Made by a program: the position numbers and the translations under genes. Below, piece after piece: positions 60,028-64,000 of a stretch of 64,000 nucleotides of DNA. The notes under the pieces are model-generated. The model ran no database searches, was not told the origin of the DNA, and worked only from the letters and a program-made list of their open reading frames with translations. Numbering within the stretch: the first letter of the stretch is position 1; each line of letters opens with the position of its first letter. The DNA is taken from positions 36-64,035 of the forward strand of contig DATCOB010000062.1 in assembly GCA_036564925.1 (NCBI GenBank), read 5' to 3'. This stretch comes from Candidatus Dormiibacterota bacterium (GTDB taxonomy: Bacteria > Chloroflexota > Dormibacteria > CF-121).

Positions 60028-60845
60028 TGGCCGACCGACAGTCTCATCGAGCCCGCGTCCTGCGCTATGGGGAAGAGGAGAACGGCGCACGCGCCGATGA
60101 CCAGCTCGCGGCAGAAGAGCCGCTGGAGGTGCGAGTCGGCGGCACCCCGCTCACCGTCATGATGCGGACCCCGGGCCACGACCGCGAGCTGGCCCTGGGG
60201 TTCCTTTTCGGCGAGGGGATCGTCCGAGCGACGACCGACGTCGCCTCAATGGCCGTCCTGCCCAACGGCGAGCACCCGGACCTCGAGAACATCATGGATG
60301 TCGTGCTCGGCCCGACCGCACCGGGCGTGGATGCACGCTGGCAGCGGAACTTCCTGAGTGCCTCGAGCTGCGGGCTCTGCGGCGTGAGCACCATCGAGGC
60401 GATCCACCAGTCCGCCCCGCCATTGGAGGACGCCGTCGTCGTTGATCGAGACATCCTCTACGGTCTCGACGCCAAGCTCCGGGCTGAACAGGCGGTCTTC
60501 AACCGGACGGGCGGGCTCCATGCGGCCGGCCTCTTTACCGTCGCGGGCGTGCCGGTGGTCGTTCGCGAAGATGTCGGCCGTCACAACGCGGTGGACAAGG
60601 TGATCGGCTACGCGGTCGGCCACGCACTCACCCCTCTCGACGGGCACATCCTGATGGTGAGTGGGCGGACCTCGTTCGAGATCGTCCAGAAGGCGCTGCA
60701 GGCCCGCATTCCGATCCTCGCATCGGTCTCGGCGCCATCCAGTCTCGCGCGCGACCTCGCCCAGACGTCCAACCAGACCTTGATCGGCTTCCTTCGCGGC
60801 CGCCATCTGAATGTCTACGCGGGACCCAAACGGATTAAGTCCTGA
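60027..60845 (+). CDS. fdhD: formate dehydrogenase accessory sulfurtransferase FdhD
   Basis: Conserved SASSCGLCG active-site Cys motif and GGLHAAG. 272 aa. Confidence 0.8.
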   Translation: MADRQSHRARVLRYGEEENGARADDQLAAEEPLEVRVGGTPLTVMMRTPGHDRELALGFLFGEGIVRATTDVASMAVLPNGEHPDLENIMDVVLGPTAPGVDARWQRNFLSASSCGLCGVSTIEAIHQSAPPLEDAVVVDRDILYGLDAKLRAEQAVFNRTGGLHAAGLFTVAGVPVVVREDVGRHNAVDKVIGYAVGHALTPLDGHILMVSGRTSFEIVQKALQARIPILASVSAPSSLARDLAQTSNQTLIGFLRGRHLNVYAGPKRIKS

Positions 60846-60878
60846 CCGTCCCGTTCGTTTGTGCGGTCCTGAGCAGAG

Positions 60879-61709
60879 CTAGTTTGGCAGCTCCGGCATT
60901 ACCTGCTTGACGAACTCCTCCACCTTGCTCTGACCCTCGGCCGGCCAGCTGACCACGAGGTACGAGAAGCCGGCTTCACGCAATCGTTCGGCCTTGCGAC
61001 GGACCTGGTCCAATGGCTCAGACAGCGAGAGCGAGCTCGAGCGCAGGATCCGTTTCGGATCGCGCCCGGCCTTTTGCGCGTACTCGTCGAGGAGCTTTGA
61101 CTTGCGCACCAGGGCGTCAGCGGATCCGAACGCGTGCCAGGCATCGGCCTGCCGCGCCACGATCGGGAGCATCAGTTGCTCGCCGCTGGCACCGATCCAG
61201 ATCGGCGGGTGGGGTTTTTGCACCGGGCGCGGATGGTAGGTCGCCGCCTCCAGCGTGTAATGCCGCCCATTGAACGTCGCATGATCCTTGGTCATCAGGG
61301 CGCGCATCACCTCGATGCCTTCCTCGAGTCGCTCCGCCCGCGCCTTGATCGCGGGGAAGGGGATGCCCAACTCGTGATGCTCTGGTTCATTCCACGCGGC
61401 GCCGACCCCGATCTCCAGGCGTCCGTTGGAGATGTGGTCGACGGTGACCGCTTCCGTCGCCAGGACGGACGGGTGCCGGTAGGTCATCCCGGTGACCAGC
61501 GCCCCCAGGCGGATGCACGTTGTCTGCGCGGCCAGGCCGGCGAGCAGGGTCCAGCCCTCGAGGCATGGCCCCGCGGGGTCTCCATAGAGCGGTTTGAAGT
61601 GGTCGAAGACCCAGGCGCCATCGAAGCCGCGGGCTTCGGCGAATTGGACGCGCTCGAGGATCTGGCTCCAGCTCAGCTGGTGCTGGGCAACGTCTAGACT
61701 AAACCGCAC
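60879..61709 (-). CDS. luciferase-like monooxygenase (LLM) class, probably F420-dependent oxidoreductase
   Basis: LLM TIM-barrel pattern (RFSLDV...FDGAWVFDHF...LGVGAAWNEPEH). Start inferred at GTG 61709. Alternatives are 61763 (ATG) and 61778 (TTG). Confidence 0.65.
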   Translation of the reverse strand: MRFSLDVAQHQLSWSQILERVQFAEARGFDGAWVFDHFKPLYGDPAGPCLEGWTLLAGLAAQTTCIRLGALVTGMTYRHPSVLATEAVTVDHISNGRLEIGVGAAWNEPEHHELGIPFPAIKARAERLEEGIEVMRALMTKDHATFNGRHYTLEAATYHPRPVQKPHPPIWIGASGEQLMLPIVARQADAWHAFGSADALVRKSKLLDEYAQKAGRDPKRILRSSSLSLSEPLDQVRRKAERLREAGFSYLVVSWPAEGQSKVEEFVKQVMPELPN

Positions 61710-61837
61710 TGCTCTGCCACGATACACACCGGCTGGGGACGGGCAGCGTAACCAAACGTTCATCTGCTTTTGGCCCAATCTCGTCAGGGGCGCGTCAAGC
61801 TGTGGAAGGGGATCGGTTCAGGAAGGAGGGACACTTC

Positions 61838-64000
61838 ATGGTCAGTGCCGGGTCGCTTCGTCGTCCGCTTGTTCGCCTGTTCATCGCCGGGGTCGTGCCG
61901 CTCGGGTCGGTCGGGGCCTCACTGGCGGCGCCGGCCATCGTCCACGCCACCGCCGTTGCGCCGCCGAGCTGCATGCTGGCGTCCCCATCGGGCGCCGTCT
62001 CGCATGTGATCTACGTTCAGTTCGACAACACGCACTTCCGCCGCGACAACCCGAACGTCCCATCAGACCTCGAGCAGATGCCGAACCTCCTGAATTTCCT
62101 GAAGGCTAACGGCGTCGTGCTCACCAACCATCACACGCCGCTGATCTCCCACACGGCGACCGACATCCTGACGTCGCTCACCGGCGTCTACGGCGACCGT
62201 CACGGCGTCCCTGTTTCCAACACGTTCCGCTACTTCAACCCGGACGGCACGAGCAACCTCGGCGTTTCGTTCGCCTACTGGACCGCGCCGATCTTCGACC
62301 CTACCACCAGCGCGCAAACTGACACCAAGTTCAACATGCTGACCGCCGACGGCAAGAATGCACCGGCACCGTGGGTGCCGTTCACCAGGGCCGGCTGCAA
62401 TGTGGGCGCCGTGGCCACCGCCAATACCGTCCTGGAAAATAACAGCGTCGACATTCCGACCGTCTTCGGTTCGGGGTCTCCCGAGTCCATGGAGACCTCG
62501 GCGCAAAAAACGGCCGATTTCGTGGGCATCGGGGTTCACTGTGGGAATCTTCAGCCGCTGTGCCTCACATCGGCCCATGCGAAGGAGGACAAGCTGCCGG
62601 ATGAGCCAGGTGGCTATGCCGGCTACAAGGCGCTCTTCGGCCACAAATACACCGCGGAGGCGATCGGGCCGATCACGGACCTGGACGGGAATACGATCTC
62701 CGGCTTTCCCGGGTTTGACGGCATGACCGCGTCAGTCTCGCTAGGCTACGTCGCCGCCATGCAGGAACATGGAATCCCGGTGACCTACGCGTACATTTCC
62801 GACGTCCATGACAAGCACACGAGCCCGACTCGGGCGTACGGGCCCGGAGAGCAAGGCTACGTGACGGCGCTGAAGACCAACGACACCGCGTTCAAAAAAT
62901 TCTTCGATCGGCTCAACGAGGACGGGATCAACCGCAGCAACACCCTGTTCGTCTTTACGTCGGACGAGAACGACCACCTGTCGAGCGGTCCGCCTGACAA
63001 CCCGGCATGCGATGGCGTAACCGTCGCGTGCACGTACAGTCACATTGGCGAGTTGAACACCAACTTCGCGGGCCTGCTAGCGACGGAGCGCGGCAACACG
63101 ACGCCCTTCAAGGTGCACTCCGATGATGCGCCCACCGTCTACATCACGGGTAATCCACCGCTCGACAGCTCGGTGACTCGCCTCCTGGAGCAGGACGCTG
63201 CAAGATTGACGGCCAGTAATCCGCGGACCGGGAACACCGACAGGCTCACCGACCGCCTCGCAAACCCGGTTGAAATGAAGCTGTTGCACATGATCACCGC
63301 GGATGCGGCGCGAACGCCCTCCTTCACCGAGTTCGCCAACCCCGACTACTTCCTGTTCGCTGGCGCGCCCAACTGCACCTCCCCTTGTGTTGCGGAAAAT
63401 CCTGGCTTCGCCTGGAATCACGGCGACTACCATCCCGACATCACGACGACGTGGCTTGGGATTGCTGGTCCGGGTGTGGCCAATCCGGAAGGCGGCGTGC
63501 GCAACGACGTGTGGTCCGATCACACGGATATCCGCCCGACCATCATGTCGTTGACCGGCCTGAAGGACGATTACCAGCACCAGGGTCGCGTGCTCTTCGA
63601 GCTCATGAAGTCGACGTCCGTGCCACCTGGCGTTCTGGTCAACCAGGGCGACACCCTTCAAGTGGCCCAGGTGTACAAGCAGATCGAGGCCCCCGTCGGC
63701 GAACTCGGCCTGAACAGCTTGATCATTTCGACCTGCGCCGAGTCGAGCACGGATAACGGCGTCTTTGCGGATCGTGAAGCCAAATTGGCGGCCTTCAGCA
63801 AGCGGCGCGACGATATCGGAAACGAGATGGCGACCAAGCTCGAAGGCGCAGAGTTCACCAACACCCCCATCGCTCCGGCGGACGCAAAGCGGCTGACCAA
63901 GGCCGGTAATGATCTCCGCGCGGACGTCGCGAAGGTCGCGGCCGCCGACTGCTCGCTCGCAGCACAGACGAATGACAATGGCGGCGGGAACGGCAACGGA
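61838..64000 (+). CDS. large secreted protein, partial (continues beyond window); possibly phosphoesterase-family
   Basis: ATG at 61838 preceded by GGAAGGAGGG. Signal peptide MVSAGSLRRPLVRLFIAGVVPLGSVGASLAAPAIVHA. The reading frame is open to the end of the window (more than 720 aa). The YVQFDNTHF motif is loosely reminiscent of phosphoesterase (PF04185) ENRSFDHYF. The track does not list this ORF because no stop lies in the window. Confidence 0.55.
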   Translation, partial: MVSAGSLRRPLVRLFIAGVVPLGSVGASLAAPAIVHATAVAPPSCMLASPSGAVSHVIYVQFDNTHFRRDNPNVPSDLEQMPNLLNFLKANGVVLTNHHTPLISHTATDILTSLTGVYGDRHGVPVSNTFRYFNPDGTSNLGVSFAYWTAPIFDPTTSAQTDTKFNMLTADGKNAPAPWVPFTRAGCNVGAVATANTVLENNSVDIPTVFGSGSPESMETSAQKTADFVGIGVHCGNLQPLCLTSAHAKEDKLPDEPGGYAGYKALFGHKYTAEAIGPITDLDGNTISGFPGFDGMTASVSLGYVAAMQEHGIPVTYAYISDVHDKHTSPTRAYGPGEQGYVTALKTNDTAFKKFFDRLNEDGINRSNTLFVFTSDENDHLSSGPPDNPACDGVTVACTYSHIGELNTNFAGLLATERGNTTPFKVHSDDAPTVYITGNPPLDSSVTRLLEQDAARLTASNPRTGNTDRLTDRLANPVEMKLLHMITADAARTPSFTEFANPDYFLFAGAPNCTSPCVAENPGFAWNHGDYHPDITTTWLGIAGPGVANPEGGVRNDVWSDHTDIRPTIMSLTGLKDDYQHQGRVLFELMKSTSVPPGVLVNQGDTLQVAQVYKQIEAPVGELGLNSLIISTCAESSTDNGVFADREAKLAAFSKRRDDIGNEMATKLEGAEFTNTPIAPADAKRLTKAGNDLRADVAKVAAADCSLAAQTNDNGGGNGNG

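Overview
This is a ~64 kb, high-GC (roughly two-thirds G+C by eye) bacterial chromosomal segment. Genes are densely packed, GTG and TTG starts are frequent, and many adjacent genes overlap by 4 nt (ATGA/GTGA), which indicates translational coupling. I found no rRNA, CRISPR array, transposase, integrase or phage genes. All family assignments come from motifs read directly in the translated ORFs, not from database searches.

The main blocks are:
- **C1/corrinoid operon (3132-11186, + strand):** nine translationally coupled genes. These are an IclR regulator, a B12-binding corrinoid protein, a MetV-like zinc-ribbon protein, MetF, a pterin-binding methyl-corrinoid:THF methyltransferase, a RACo-type reductive activase, a DUF1638-like protein, a 92-aa unknown protein, and formate-THF ligase.
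- **Mo-hydroxylase cluster (19575-11195, - strand):** it converges on the C1 operon. It encodes a form-II CO-dehydrogenase-like Mo-hydroxylase (coxS, coxL with an AYRGAGR motif, coxM) with its maturation genes (coxD, coxE, xdhC, a MoCF-domain protein, coxG).
- **Sarcosine oxidase (24338-19721, - strand):** heterotetrameric soxBDAG, directly upstream of the cox cluster.
- **Housekeeping loci:** rpsU-pgpH-ybeY-dgkA, pth, mfd, mscL, ridA, mazG, an ftsB-like gene, two tRNA(CAT) genes, tilS-ftsH, panB-panC, nadC, rpsA, clpC and fdhD.
- **Other genes:** transporters, lipoproteins, an orphan response-regulator/TadZ-like ATPase, a patatin-like lipase, and a partial large secreted protein at the 3' end.

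The most system-like and least explained feature is the corrinoid-dependent methyl-transfer/C1-oxidation operon, together with its sox/cox/fdhD neighbourhood. It lacks any substrate-specific methyltransferase within the window and contains two uncharacterized small proteins.
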